Shown here: positions 26,926 through 42,067 of the stretch, piece by piece
Position numbering within the stretch: position 1 is the stretch's first letter
Layout: each line of letters begins with the position of its first letter
Assembly (NCBI GenBank): GCA_964016885.1
Contig: OZ024749.1
Location: forward strand, 36,580,001 to 36,644,000
Direction of reading: 5' to 3'
Origin: Eledone cirrhosa
Lineage: Eukaryota
Length of the DNA: 64,000 bases
The notes under the pieces: generated by a model
What the model was told of the DNA's origin: nothing
Database searches by the model: none
The model's input: the letters and a program-made list of their open reading frames with translations, nothing else
Position numbers and translations under genes: made by a program

Positions 26926-26976
26926 ATATATATATAAATAAATATACACGGGTATGTATGATTGTGTATAGAAGAT

Positions 26977-27220
26977 TATATTAATAAAAGGAATTCCAAC
27001 TTTGTCTGATTTACTCGTTTAAAATTATAATGATATTGCAATTGGAAACTTGACTGTCACCACTGAATATGAACCTGAAGATTGTGAAAGCATGAAAGTA
27101 CTTGTTCAATTCAAATTTAATATTCTACCATACTATTTCATTATAATATCATTATAATTTTAAAGGATTGAAAATAAAACGAGTAAATCAGACAAAGTTG
27201 GAATTCCTTTTATTAATATA
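26977..27220 (+). mobile_element. fold-back element with ~45-60-bp inverted arms enclosing a degenerate minimal hammerhead (27070-27108)
   Basis: Arm tattaataaaaggaattccaactttgtctgatttactcgttt and its reverse complement. Inside: tgaac-CTGAAGA-ttgtgaaagcat-GAAA-gtac-TT|gttca. Confidence 0.65.
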
Positions 27221-27384
27221 TATATATACATACATACATACACACACACATACACTGCCATCATTGCATATTATCATCAAACATGACATTTCATGGTTGA
27301 TTTTTATTGTTTTAAAACTGTTTCATTTATTTTGAATTAAATGATACACTGCTCTACTGCTATAGGATATATTATACATACACA

Positions 27385-27426
<42 letters not shown>

Positions 27427-27553
27427 GAATTCATCTTTCATGTACTGTCTTTGTCTCTCTCTCTCTATTGTACACACTATTTCTTTCCTTCTCTGTCTCA
27501 CACACACTTGTACACTCTCTCTCTTTCTCACACATACATTCACTGTATCTATG

Positions 27554-27584
<31 letters not shown>

Positions 27585-27621
27585 TTCACACACTCTCTCT
27601 CTCACACATACATTCACTCTC

Positions 27622-27668
<47 letters not shown>

Positions 27669-27751
27669 TTCACACTCTCTCTCTATCTCTCTCTCACACA
27701 TACATTCACTCTCTATCTATGTCTCTCGCTCTCTCTCCCTCCCTCACACAT

Positions 27752-27782
<31 letters not shown>

Positions 27783-28344
27783 CTCTCTCTCCCTCCCTCC
27801 CTCTCTCCTTAATACAATACCTGTCACTTCCTTATCACCTGTCAACAACATATAAAGCTGTCATACAGGTTTCAATTCTAACTCTAATGTTTGAGTTTTT
27901 GGGGGATTTTTTTTTCAATTCTATTTTAAAATATTTTTCCTTCTTAAACAACAACAACAGCAGCAACAACAACAACACTGCACTTAAGATATTTTACCAA
28001 ATAAACTACTGCCACCACCATCTTCATCCTCCTCATCCTCATCATTTTTATTATTTTTATTATTTTTATTATTAATGCTGGTGGTTGAGGGTGTTGGGGG
28101 AGAGGGGGGCGGTAGGTGTCTGACATTACTGTTGGAGTAGATTGTGGTTGTTGTTGTTGTTGTTGTTGCATCATGTACATCGATTGCTAACAGTGTATCA
28201 AGTGAATCTCTGTGAGACAAGGAAGTGGTTGTGGTGGTGATGGTGATGATGATGGTGGTGGTGTGGTGATGGTGGTGGTGGTGGTGGTGATGGGTTGGTG
28301 GTGGTGGTGGAGAGAAGAGTTTACAATCACATGTTACCCATCCA

Positions 28345-30200
28345 CACACATATATATATATACACTTACACATACATACATATACACTCACACACATACA
28401 TACATACTCACACATACATATACACTCACACATACATACATATACACTCACACATACATACATATACACTCACACATACATACATATACACTCACACATA
28501 CATACATACACACTCACACATACATACATATACACTCACACATACATACATATACACTCACATACATACATATACACTCACACACATACATATACACTCA
28601 CATATACATATACACTCACACATACATACATATACACTCACACATACATACATATACTCACACATACATACATATACACTCACACATACATACATATACA
28701 CTCACACACACATACATATACACTCACACACACATACATATACACTCACACATACATATACACTCACACATACATACATATACTCACACATACATACATA
28801 TACGCTCACACATACATACATATACGCTCACACATACATATACGCTCACACATACATACATATACACTCACATACATACATATACACTCACATACATACA
28901 TATACACTCACATACATACATATACACTCACACATACATACATATACACTCACTCACACATACATATACACTCACACATACATACATATACACTCACACA
29001 TACATACATATACACTCACACACACATACATATACACTCACACATACATATACATACTCACACACACATACATACATATACCCATCCACATACATACATA
29101 TACACTCACACATACATACATATACACTCACACATACATACATATACACTCACACACACATACATATACACTCACACACACATACATATACACTCACACA
29201 CACATACATATACACTCACACACACATACATATACACTCTCACATACATACATATACATACTCACACATACATACATATACACTCACACATACATACATA
29301 TACACTCACACATACATACATATACACTCACACATACATACATACATATACACTCACACATACATACATATACACTCACACATACATACATATACACTCA
29401 CACACACATACATATACACACATGCATACATATACACTCACACATACATACATATACACTCACACACATATATATACACCCTCACACACATACATATACA
29501 CTCACACACACATACATATACACTCACACATACATACATATACACTCACACATACATACATATACACTCACACACACATACATATACACTCACACATACC
29601 TATACACCCACACATATATATACACCCTCACACATACATATACACTCACACATACATATACACTCACACACACATACATATACACTCACACACATACATA
29701 CATATACACTCACACACACATATACATATACACTCACACACACATACATATACACTCACACATACATATACACTCACACACACATACATATACACTCACA
29801 CATACATACATATACACTCACACATACATACATACATATATATACACTCACACATACATACATATACACTCACACACACGTACATATACACTCACACATA
29901 CATACATATACACTCACACATACATACATATACACTCACACACACATACATAAACACTCACATACATATACATACTCACATGCTCCACCCTGTATCCACA
30001 CACGTATACACATACCACTCTCCACACACACACACACTTTCCACATATACCCATGAGCTCCACCCTATATCTACACACACACACACATTCTCTCTCACAC
30101 ATACATACACATACACACACACACATACACACTCCACCCTGTATCCACACACATACATACATATACCCATGTCTTCCACTCTATATCTATACTCACACAT
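28345..30200. repeat. compound CA/TA-rich microsatellite
   Basis: (cacatacatacatatacactca)n variants. Confidence 0.95.
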
Positions 30201-30217
30201 ACAAACCTACCCATACT

Positions 30218-33135
30218 TAATGATGATAATAATGAAAATATTGTGTACAGTGCTCAGGTGCACTACAACTCATCAAAAGTGTATGTATAGTACATAGGGT
30301 AATGTACAAACGTCAGGAAAATATATATCATGAGTCATGATATACACGTGTGCATGTGTATGGAAGGGGGGACATCAGGTCTAGTTTTGGAGAATTTCGC
30401 GAAGCATGAGGGTTTTAAAGGATGCAGTGTCTCAACAGCTAACAACTGATGCAGGTAGTTTGTTCCATGGAGGTTTTAAAGGATGCAGTGTCTCGACAGC
30501 TAACAACTGATGCAGGTAGTTTGTTCCATGGAGGTTTTAAAGGATGCAGTGTCTCGACAGCTAACAACTGATGCAGGTAGTTTGTTCCATGGAGGTTTTA
30601 AAGGATGCAGTGTCTCGACAGCTAACAACTGATGCAGGTAGTTTGTTCCATGGAGGTTTTAAAGGATGCAGTGTCTCGACAGCTAACAACTGATGCAGGT
30701 AGTTTGTTCCATGGAGGTTTTAAAGGATGCAGTGTCTCGACAGCTAACAACTGATGCAGGTAGTTTGTTCCATGGAGGTTTTAAAGGATGCAGTGTCTTG
30801 ACAGCTAACAACTGATGCAGGTAGTTTGTTCCATGGAGGTTTTAAGGGATGCAGTGTCTCGACAGCTAACAACTGATGCAGGTAGTTTGTTCCATGGAGG
30901 TTTTAAAGGATGCAGTGTCTCGACAGCTAACAACTGATGCAGGTAGTTTGTTCCATGGAGGTTTTAAAGGATGCAGTGTCTCGACAGCTAACAACTGATG
31001 CAGGTAGTTTGTTCCATGGAGGTTTTAAAGGATGCAGTGCCTCGACAGCTAACAACTGATGCAGGTAGTTTGTTCCATGGAGGTTTTAGAGGATGCAGTG
31101 TCTCGACAGCTAACAACTGATGCAAGTAGTTTGTTCCATGGAGGTTTTAAAGGATGCAGTGTCTCGGCAGCTAACAACTGACGCAGGCAGTTTGTTCCAT
31201 GGAGGTTTTAAAGGATGCAGTGTCTCGACAGCTAACAACTGATGCAGGTAGTTTGTTCCATGGAGGTTTTAAAGGATGCAGTGTCTCGACAGCTAACAAC
31301 TGATGCAGGTAGTTTGTTCCATGGAGGTTTTAGAGGATGCAGTGTCTCGACAGCTAACAACTGACGCAGGCAGTTTGTTCCATGGAGGTTTTAAAGGATG
31401 CAGTGTCTCGACAGCTAACAACTGATGCAGGTAGTTTGTTCCATGGAGGTTTTAAAGGATGCAGTGTCTCGACAGCTAACAACTGATGCAGGTAGTTTGT
31501 TCCATGGAGGTTTTAAAGGATGCAGTGCCTCGACAGCTAACAACTGATGCAGGTAGTTTGTTCCATGGAGGTTTTAAAGGATGCAGTGTCTCGACAGCTA
31601 ACAACTGATGCAGGTAGTTTGTTCCATGGAGGTTTTAAAGGATGCAGTGTCTCGACAGCTAACAACTGATGCAGGTAGTTTGTTCCATGGAGGTTTTAAA
31701 GGATGCAGTGTCTCGACAGCTAACAACTGATGCAGGTAGTTTGTTCCATGGAGGTTTTAAAGGATGCAGTGTCTCGACAGCTAACAACTGATGCAGGTAG
31801 TTTGTTCCATGGAGGTTTTAAAGGATGCAGTGCCTCGACAGCTAACAACTGATGCAGGTAGTTTGTTCCATGGAGGTTTTAAAGGATGCAGTGCCTCGAC
31901 AGCTAACAACTGATGCAGGTAGTTTGTTCCATGGAGGTTTTAAAGGATGCAGTACCTCGACAGCTAACAACTGATGCAGGTAGTTTGTTCCATGGAGGTT
32001 TTAAAGGATGCAGTGTCTCGACAGCTAACGACTGATGTAGGGAGTTTGTTCCATGGAGGTTTTAGAGGATGCAGTGTCTCGACAGCTAACAAATGATGCA
32101 GGTAGTTTGTTCCATGGAGGTTTTAAAGGATGCAATGTCTCGACAGCTAACAACTGATGCAGGTAGTTTGTTCCATGGAGGTTTTAAAGGATGCATGTCT
32201 CGACAGCTAACAACTGACGCAGGCAGTTTGTTCCATGGAGGTTTTAAAGGATGCATGTCTCGACAGCTAACAACTGACGCAGGCAGTTTGTTCCATGGAG
32301 GTTTTAAAGGATGCAGTGTCTCGACAGCTAACGACTGATGTAGGGAGTTTGTTCCATGGAGGTTTTAGAGGATGCAGTGTCTCGACAGCTAACAAATGAT
32401 GCAGGTAGTTTGTTCCATGGAGGTTTTAAAGGATGCAATGTCTCGACAGCTAACAACTGATGCAGGTAGTTTGTTCCATGGAGGTTTTAAAGGATGCATG
32501 TCTCGACAGCTAACAACTGACGCAGGCAGTTTGTTCCATGGAGGTTTTAAAGGATGCATGTCTCGACAGCTAACAACTGACGCAGGCAGTTTGTTCCATG
32601 GAGGTTTTAAAGGATGCAGTGCCTCGGCAGCTAACAACTGATGCAGGTAGTTTGTTCCATGGAGGTTTTAAATGATGCAGTGTCTTGACAGCTAACAACT
32701 GACGCAGGTAGTTTGCTCCATGGAGGTTTTAAAGGATGCAGTGTCTTGACAGCTAACAACTGACGCAGGTAGTTTGTTCCATGGAGGTTTTAAAGGATGC
32801 AGTGTCTCGACAGCTAACAACTGACGCAGGTAGTTTGTTCCATGGAGGTTTTAAAGGATGCAGTGTCTCGGCAGCTAACAACTGACACAGGTAGTTTGCT
32901 CCATGCTTCAGCAACTCTAAGCGTGAAAAAATGTTTCCGAAAGTCATGGGAGCTGTGCTGTTTTCTGACTTTGTAGGCATGTCCACGTGTGTTAGACACA
33001 TGGAGATCAAAAAGGTGCTCAGGGTTGTTGTTGGCGAGATGGTTAAGACCCATACATCCACCCCTTTATACCACCCAACGGCAATGTCTTCCAATATCTT
33101 TCTATTGATTCCAGTCTCAACAGTTTACTGATTCC
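30218..33135 (-). mobile_element. CR1-clade LINE 3' fragment containing an internally amplified 61-bp minisatellite
   Basis: - strand NTRGHAYKVRKQHSSHDFRKHFFTLRVAEAWSKLPVSVVSCRDTASFK (CR1 ORF2 C-terminal signature). 3' UTR and (att)n tail at 30218-30405. Confidence 0.85.
30405..32904. repeat. 61-bp minisatellite, ~41 copies
   Basis: Unit catggaggttttaaaggatgcagtgtctcgacagctaacaactgatgcaggtagtttgttc. Confidence 0.97.
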
Positions 33136-33224
33136 ATGGCAGAAACTTTCAGGAAATTTTCTTTAAACATTGTCAAAAATAAATGGAGAAAATATCAAAT
33201 TAATAATAGCAATAATGGTTCCTG

Positions 33225-33552
33225 GTTTAGGCACGAAGCCAACAATTTTTTGAGGGGAGAGGGGAAAGTCTGTTAAACCGACCCAAGTGTGTCACTGGTA
33301 CTTTATTTTATCGACCTCCGTTAGGATGAAAGGCAAAGCTAACCTCGGTGGGATTTGAACTCAGAATATAATTGTTTCTACTTTAGGCACAAGGCCAGCA
33401 ATTACCCAGTGCATTACTGGTACTTTATTTTATCGACCCCGTAAGGATGAAAGGCAAAGTCAACCTCGGCGGGATTTGAACTCAGATCATAAAGGGACGT
33501 AACTATGCTGGAAGCATGGCGTCCGACCCTCCACCGATACTGCCAATCCACT
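33225..33552 (-). mobile_element. two tandem/nested copies of the second SINE family
   Basis: Two reverse-complement copies of tactttattttatcgacc...ggatgaaaggcaaag...gggatttgaactcaga. Confidence 0.85.
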
Positions 33553-33579
33553 CAGAATATAATGGGCCGTAACTTTGTT

Positions 33580-35335
33580 ACTAGCTAAACCTACATAGGT
33601 GTGAGCTGTAACAACCACCTGATATGACTGGGTCTCCTATCGTTAAAACACCCAAGAAACCTCCTATGAGATAAAAACCTTATAGGAGGCTACTTAAACC
33701 AACATAGGTGAAAGTTGTAATGGCTTCTTGATAGGAATAGGGGCCTATATTATTAACACACCCAAGAAGACTCCTATGAAATACAACCTTGTAGGAGGCT
33801 AGCTAAACCTACAAAAGTACGAGCTGTAACATGATAGGAGCTGGGCTCCTATCGTTAAAACATCCAAGAAACCTTCTATGAGTGAGCTGTAACAACACAA
33901 CAGGACTTGGGCCCCTATTGTTAAAACATCCAAGAAACCTATGAAATAAAACCTTATAAGAGGCTAGTTAAACCTACATAGTTATGAGCTGTTACAACAT
34001 GATTAGACTAGGGGCCCTTATCATTAAATACCCAAGAAACCTCCTATAGGAGGCCAGCTAAACCTACATAGTTATGAGCTATTACAACATGATTAGACTG
34101 GGGGCCCTTATCATTAAATACCCAAGAAACCTCCTATAGGAGGCCAGCAAAACCTACATAGTTATGAGCTGTTACAACATGATTAGACTGGGGTCCCTTA
34201 TCATTAAATACCCAAGAAACCTCCTATAGGAGGCCAGCAAAACCTACATAGTTATGAGCTGTTACAACATGATTAGACTGGGGTCCCTTATCATTAAATA
34301 CCCAAGAAACCTCCTATAGGAGGCCAGCAAAACCTACATAGTTATGAGCTGTTACAACATGATTAGACTGGGGTCCCTTATCATTAAATACCCAAGAAAC
34401 CTCCTATAGGAGGCCAGCAAAACCTACATAGTTATGAGCTGTTACAACATGATTAGACTGGGGTCCCTTATCATTAAATACCCAAGAAACCTCCTATAGG
34501 AGGCCAGCAAAACCTACATAGTTATGAGCTGTTACAACATGATTAGACTGGGGTCCCTTATCATTAAATACCCAAGAAACCTCCTATAGGAGGCCAGCAA
34601 AACCTACATAGTTATGAGCTGTTACAACATGATTAGACTGGGGGCCCTTATCATTAAATACCCAAGAAACCTCCTATAGGAGGCCAGCAAAACCTACATA
34701 GTTATGAGCTGTTACAACATGATTAGACTGGGGGCCCTTATCATTAAATACCCAAGAAACCTCCTATAGGAGGCCAGCAAAACCTACATAGTTATGAGCT
34801 GTTACAACATGATTAGACTGGGGTCCCTTATCATTAAATACCCAAGAAACCTCCTATAGGAGGCCAGCAAAACCTACATAGTTATGAGCTGTTACAACAT
34901 GATTAGACTGGGGTCCCTTATCATTAAATGCCCAAGAAACCTCCTATAGGAGGCCAGCTAAACCTACATAGTTATGAACTGTTACAACATGATTAGACTG
35001 GGGGCTCTTATCATTAAATACCCAAGAAACCTCCTATAGGAGGCCAGCAAAACCTACATAGTTATGAGCTGTTACAACATGATTAGACTGGGGTCCCTTA
35101 TCATTAAATGCCCAAGAAACCTCCTATAGGAGGCCAGCTAAACCTACATAGTTATGAACTGTTACAACATGATTAGACTGGGGGCTCTTATCATTAAATA
35201 CCCAAGAAACCTCCTATAGGAGGCCAGCAAAACCTACATAGTTATGAGCTGTTACAACATGATTGAACTGGGGGCCCTTATCATTAAATACCCAAGAAAC
35301 CTCCTATAGGAGGCCAGCAAAACCTACATAGGTGT
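33580..35335. repeat. 90-bp minisatellite (~15 copies from ~33960) preceded by longer diverged units
   Basis: Unit aggccagcaaaacctacatagttatgagctgttacaacatgattagactggggtcccttatcattaaatacccaagaaacctcctatagg. Confidence 0.95.
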
Positions 35336-38029
35336 GAGCCTTAAATAATTTAATTTTCAAATATCTTTCACGTTTAGTCTGATGCACTAATAACCCTACA
35401 TCAATCTGCCATCTAGTTTGTAATAAAAGACAGTGGCACGAGGAAGGTGGAGGAATGGAAGACATATTGAAATGTAGTTCGGGATGGGGGAGGGAGGGGT
35501 TGTTTGTTTGTTTTCAATATTTTCTAGACACCAGTGGCAATAAATCACATTGTCAGGAAGTTGGAGAATATTTCATCTGGTGGCAGTGGGCAGTGTGTGG
35601 GGGGGTGTGGGGGAAGGGGAGTCTCTAAACTATCATGGCACCAATAACTAAATATTGGAAATGGTCGATAATCAATAATAGTGGTGATGTGTGGTGGTGG
35701 TGGTGGTGGTGGTGGTGATGTTGTTGATGGTAGTTGTGTAGTACTTGGTCCACTGGCACAACCGGATTTGATTGACTACTACTACTACTACTATTACCAC
35801 CACCACTACTATCACCACCACCACCACTACTACTAATTCCACCATCATTACTATTACTATTACTACTACTAATTACTACCATCACCACTACTTCTATTAC
35901 TGCTTTCTCTACTACTTTCATTCCTCTAGGGGTTGATAAAATATGATACCAGTCATGTACTAGGGTATATTTAGGATATAAAACACATGTATGTATACTA
36001 TGACTAACTTTGTCTTTTATTTTTCTGCGCTCGTCCTATACTGGGGTAGATTTAATATTCATCTTAGATTTGTATGTGAATTATAATAGAAGACTAAGGC
36101 AAACTTTAATATTCTTATGGAGCTGATAAACATATGGTACCAGTTATGTACTGAGTGTCATCTAATCAACTGTTGCTGCTTTCAATATGTGCCAAGAAAG
36201 GTTTTGTTTTAACCCTTCCATTGCCATATTTCTAGTGAAAGATACTGCCTATGATTTTCAAATAATTTTGAAAATATTCAAGAAGTTGCAGGGATTTAGT
36301 TATATAACTAACTTTCTCATTATTATTAATATTTAACTGTTGCAAATAATTTTGAAAATATTAGAATTTTGAAGGGTTTAGTAACACAGGTAAAATTCCA
36401 TTATAATGAATACCATCATAACAAATGTTTCAGTTTAACAAAATTTATGCTCAATCTCATTATAAAAAATTTTTTCGTTACAATAAATTTATTTTTATAC
36501 CCTGTGAATTTCATTGTATACCTAACTTTCACATTATATTTACTATTTAGCTATTTCAAATAATTAAGGATTTTGAGGGGTTTAGTAATATAATTAACTT
36601 TCTCGTTATTCAGCTGGTGTTTGGAGCATAACATAACAATGGTCCTTACTTAACAACAGGTCTTCAATAAAATTATGATGAAAAGTTTTTAGATAAATAT
36701 AAAACAGACATTTCATGATGATAATGATAAAGACTTTAAAATAAATAGCTTTTTATCCTCGAACCAGGGCCAGTTTCAGGCTGTTTGGCATGAAAAGTGT
36801 TATTAATCCATCCCAACAAACAATAGTTACTCCTTCACATGGTGTGTGATATTTTATACACACCATTCACTGTGTGTATGGTCCCCCCCCCCCCCCCCCA
36901 CCTCTTCCTCCTGTTGGACATAAAAGCTGTATATTTTAATAATGCCAGTCTTGAAATGAAATATTAAATTATTCCATACTGTTTCCATGGTAACTGGCTA
37001 GTTTTTCCATTGTCTTCATTTTATTTTAATCATCTCTTAATAACATCATTTCCATATAGCTTGTGTATTGTGTGTGTGTCTATGCATGGATGCATGGACT
37101 GTATGTGTATATTTGTGTGTGTGTGTATGTGGATATATATATATGTGTGTGTGTGTGTGTATGTGGACAGTATATTGACTGTGTCTATGTGCAAGTATTT
37201 TGTATTCACTGTGTCTATGTATGTATGTGTCTGAAGTAAACATGGCCAGTATTTGGTGTGCATTGTGTGTGTGTGTGTGTGTGTATGTGTACCAAATGTA
37301 CTAATTGTAGTCACATTGTATGTGTGTGTGTGTACCAATGTGCTGATGGTAATACATATGTGCATTGTGTGTGTGTACCAAATGTACTAATTGTAGTCAC
37401 ATTGTATATGTGTGTGTGTACCAAATATACTGATGGTAGTACATGTGTGTGTATGTGTGTACCAAATATACTGATGGTAGTACATATGTGTGTGTGTGTG
37501 TGTACCAAATATACTGATGGTAGTACATATGTGTGTGTGTGTACCAAATATACTGATGGTAGTACCTGTCTGTGTACCAAATATACTGATGGTAGTACAT
37601 GTCTGTGTACCAATGTACTGATGGTAATACATACTAGTGTGTATGTGAAAACTGATACCATATTGTTTTACAATAGTCTCCCCTCAATGACTTCAACATC
37701 TGGCAGTGTTTACAATAATACCAAGTCATTGAGTACTCAATACTGCACTGTACTGTGTTGTACTACACTACACTGTACTACACTACACTACACTGCACTG
37801 CACTACACTACACTACACTACACTACACTACACTGCACTACACTGCACTGCACTACACTACACTACATTGCACTACACTACACTGCACTGTACTGCACTA
37901 CACTATACTATACTACACTACACTACACGTAGAGTGTAAACATTGTTATTTATTATAGAAACGGCTTCTACAGGACTAGAACTGTTTCATTCATTGAACT
38001 TACAATTGCTCTAGGCTTGTAATGTTATA

Positions 38030-38420
38030 AGTTGTTATAAGTACATACCTTTAATTAACTGTTTTATAACAGGTACATACCTGTAGCTAGCTATTTTGTG
38101 TCACAGGTAATTAATTGTAATTAACTGTTATGTCACAGACAGGTACATACTTATGATTAGCTATATTATGGCACAGGTGTATACCTTTAATTAACTAAGT
38201 TGTGTCACAGGTACATACCTGTAATTTGCTATATTATGCCACAAGTGTATACCTTTAATTAACTAAGTTGTGTCACAGGTACATACCTGTAATTTGCTAT
38301 ATTATGCCACAAGTGTATACCTTTAATTAACTAAGTTGTGTCACAGGTACATACCTGTAATTAGCTATATTATGACACAGGTTCATACACCTTTAATTAG
38401 CTAATATGTGTCACAGGAAC
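38030..38420. repeat. 68-bp (2 x 34) tandem repeat
   Basis: tgtgtcacaggtacatacctgtaa at 38201, 38269 and 38337. Confidence 0.85.
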
Positions 38421-38519
38421 TTACCAGTAATTTAACCTAAGAAAATATTTTATCATCTAATGTTTATCATCCCCACCCTCTCCATCTCCCTCTCATCATC
38501 ATCATCATTCTCTCCATCT

Positions 38520-38808
38520 CCCTCTCATCATCCTCATCCTCTCTATCTCTCCACTTTCTCCCCCTCATCATCCTCACCCTCTCTATCTCTCCACTATCTC
38601 CCTCTCATCATCCTCACCCTCTCTATCTCTCCACTATCTCTCTCTCATCATCATCACCCTCTCTATCTCTCCACTATCTCCCTCTCATCATCATCACCCT
38701 CTCTATCTCTCCACTCTCTCCCTCTCATCATCATCACCCTCTCTATCTCTCCACTCTCTCCCTCTCATCATCATCACCCTCTCTATCTCTCCACTCTCTC
38801 CCTCTCAT
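38520..38808. repeat. 40-bp pyrimidine-rich tandem repeat
   Basis: ctctatctctccact(a/c)tctccctctcatcatcatcaccct every 40 bp. Confidence 0.9.
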
Positions 38809-38905
38809 AACAAATTACCAATTTTATGTGTTCAATGATTGATTATTACCAATAGCTGTGATATTTACTATTTCATTTCCAATTTCAAAGGTGGGAACAC
38901 AACCC

Positions 38906-38936
<31 letters not shown>

Positions 38937-39659
38937 CTGACTCTCTCTCTCTTCCCCCTCTCCATATCTCTCCCTCTGCTATTACCACTGTTACTGTTAC
39001 TACAATGGCCTGTGTTCCCCCCTCACTATAGTGAACTCTCCCATCTCCTCTCTATCCCATCACCTCCACCCTCTGTATTCAACATGCTTCATTATCACTC
39101 TGCCCCAAAACAACAACAGTGTCCGGGGGGAGGGGGCTCAGGAGATGGTGGTGGGGGAAATTTTGGTTGTAAATGTCACCGAATTAAATATATTGATCTT
39201 GTTCATAACACTGGTGGTGGTGATGATGGTGGTGGTGGTGGTGGTGGTGATGGTGGTGGTGGTGGTGGTGGTGGTGGTGGTGGTGATGGTGGTGGTGGTG
39301 GTGGTGATGGTGGTGGTGGTGATGATGGTTGTGATGGTGATGGTGATGATGGTTGTGATGGTTGTGATGGTGATAGTGAAAGTGTAGGTGGTTGTCATGA
39401 TAATGTTGGTTGTGGTGGTGTTGGTGACGATAATGGTGATTCAGTTGATGATATTGGTGGTGGTGATGATGATGATTATGGTGGTGTGTTATAGTGATGG
39501 CAATGATGGTTGCAGTGATGATGATGATGATGATGTTTATAAAAATTTTGCTTTTGGCGGTAATGATGATGGCGGTGATGATGATGATGTTGATGCAGTA
39601 ATATCTTGTACCCAACACAACCGGTGATTGGTGGATTTTGTGTTGTATTCTCTTAAAAC

Positions 39660-40870
39660 ACCCACCTCCACCTCCACCTCCACCACCACCACTGCCACTG
39701 CACCCTGTTATACCATCACCTCACTTCCACTACCACCACCACCATCACTACCACTTCCACCATCACCTCCACCACCACCACTACCACTGCACCCTGTTAT
39801 ACCATCACCTCACTTCCACTACCACCACCACCATCACTACCACTTCCACCATCACCTCCACCACCGCCGCTACCACTTTCACCGTCACCTCCACCACCAC
39901 CGCTACCACTTCCACCGTCACCTCCACCACCACCACTACCACTGTACCCTGTTATGCCACCACCATCACCTCCACCACCACCACTACCACTGTCCCTGTT
40001 GTGCCACCACCACCACCACTACCACTGTACCCTGTTATGCCACCACCATCACCTCCACCACCACCACTACCACTGTACCCTGTTGTGCCACCACCACCAC
40101 CACTACCACTGTACCCTGTTATGCCACCACCATCACCTCCACCACCACCACTACCACTGTACCCTGTTGTGCCACCACCATCACCTCCACCACCACCACT
40201 ACCACTGTACCCTGTTGTGCCACCACCACCACCACTACCACTGTACCCTGTTATGCCACCACCATCACCTCCACCACCACCACTACCACTGTACCCTGTT
40301 GTGCTACCACCACCACCACTACCACTGTACCCTGTTATGCCACCACCATCACCTCCACCACCACCACTACCACTGCACCCTATTATGCCACCACCACCAC
40401 TACCACTGTAGCCTGTTATGCCACCACCATCACCTCCACCACCACCACTACCACTGCACCCTATTATGCCACCACCACCACTACCACTGTAGCCTGTTAT
40501 GCCATCACCAACATCACCTCCACCACCATCACCACTACCACTGCACCCTGTTATACCACCACCATCACCTCCACCACCACCACTACCTCCACCACCACCA
40601 CTGCACCCTGTTATGCCACCACCATCACCACCACCACCACTACCACTGCACCCTGTTATACCACCACCATCACCTCCACCACCACCACTACCTCCACCAC
40701 CACCACTGCACCCTGTTATGCCACCACCATCACCACCACCACCACTACCACTGCACCCTGTTATGCCACCACCATCACCACCACCACCACTACCACTGCA
40801 CCCTGTTATGCCACCACCATCACCACCACCACCACTACCACTGCACCCTGTTATGCCACCACCAACATCA
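39660..40870. repeat. (ACC)n-based minisatellite punctuated by ctg(t/c)accctgtt(a/g)tgcc
   Basis: Direct inspection. Confidence 0.9.
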
Positions 40871-41934
40871 CCAAAACCCACCCACCACCCTGCTACAACA
40901 CTATGGACCCTAATTAAACACCCTGCATTAATGTGAATTCCCTGCTTGCCTCTGTGTGTGTATGTGTTTATCTATGTATGTATGTGTGTGTTTGTGTATT
41001 TTTGTTTGTATAGATGTGTGTGTGTGTGTTTGTATGCATATGTTTCTATATATGTGTGTGTGTGTAACTTTTGTTAGGTTTTTGTGGATCTGCTTGCCTG
41101 AGTATATTTTAAAGTGTATGTATGTATGAGTGTGTGTATATCTAGGTATGTATGAGTGTGTGTATATCTAGGTATGTATGAGTGTCTGTATATCTATGTA
41201 TGAGTGTCTGTATATCTATCTCACTCTTTCTCTCCCCCTTTCTCTTCCCCCTCTCTCACCCTTTCTCTTACCCTCTCTCTCGCCCTTTCTCTTACCCTCT
41301 CTCTCACCCTTTCTCTTCTCTCTCTCACCCTTTCTCTTACCCTCTCTCTCACCCTTTCTCTTACCCTCTCTCTCTCCCTCTCTCACCATCACTCTTCCCC
41401 TCTTTCTCACCGTCTCTCTCACCGTCTCTCTCACCGTCTCTCTCACCGTCTCTCTCACCGTCTCTCTCACCGTCTCTCTTACCCTCTCTCTCACCCACTA
41501 TCTCACCCTCACTCTCCACTTCTCTCTCACCTCCTCACTCCTTTTACATTGACAAGCAATGAAACTCAATTTTTTCATTAACTCTAACTACCACCCACCC
41601 CATTCATTGTCTTATAGAACCCACCCCACCTCACCTATTTATATTTTTCTCAACAAGGAAACCTGCAGATCTACCCCACTCACTCCATCATACACACACA
41701 TATTCATTAATAGGTTTATTATGTTCACGTTAATAGCTTATACTTTAGAGTTTCTCCTGTAAATAAACATGTGAAAACTCTAGTATAACAGGCTACTGAC
41801 TCGACCATAATAAAACTATTAATTTCTTCTCTGACTTCAGATACTCATTATCATGTTCAGTAATACTAAACGAACAATCATCATTATCGTTTAGTGTCCC
41901 TTTACCTTGCTGGCAGAGGTTACCTATCTCTCTA

Positions 41935-41980
<46 letters not shown>

Positions 41981-42067
41981 CTATCTATCTATATATATAT
42001 ATATATAATACGAAGAGGGTGTTTAACTCCAACACGCTCCAGTATTCTAATCCTTATATATATATAT

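Noticed and set aside
30405-32904. CRISPR-like appearance of the long regular arrays (also 7.6-12.3 kb, 34-35.3 kb and 61-63.7 kb)
   Set aside because: Head-to-tail units with no unique spacers, no cas genes and a eukaryotic intron context
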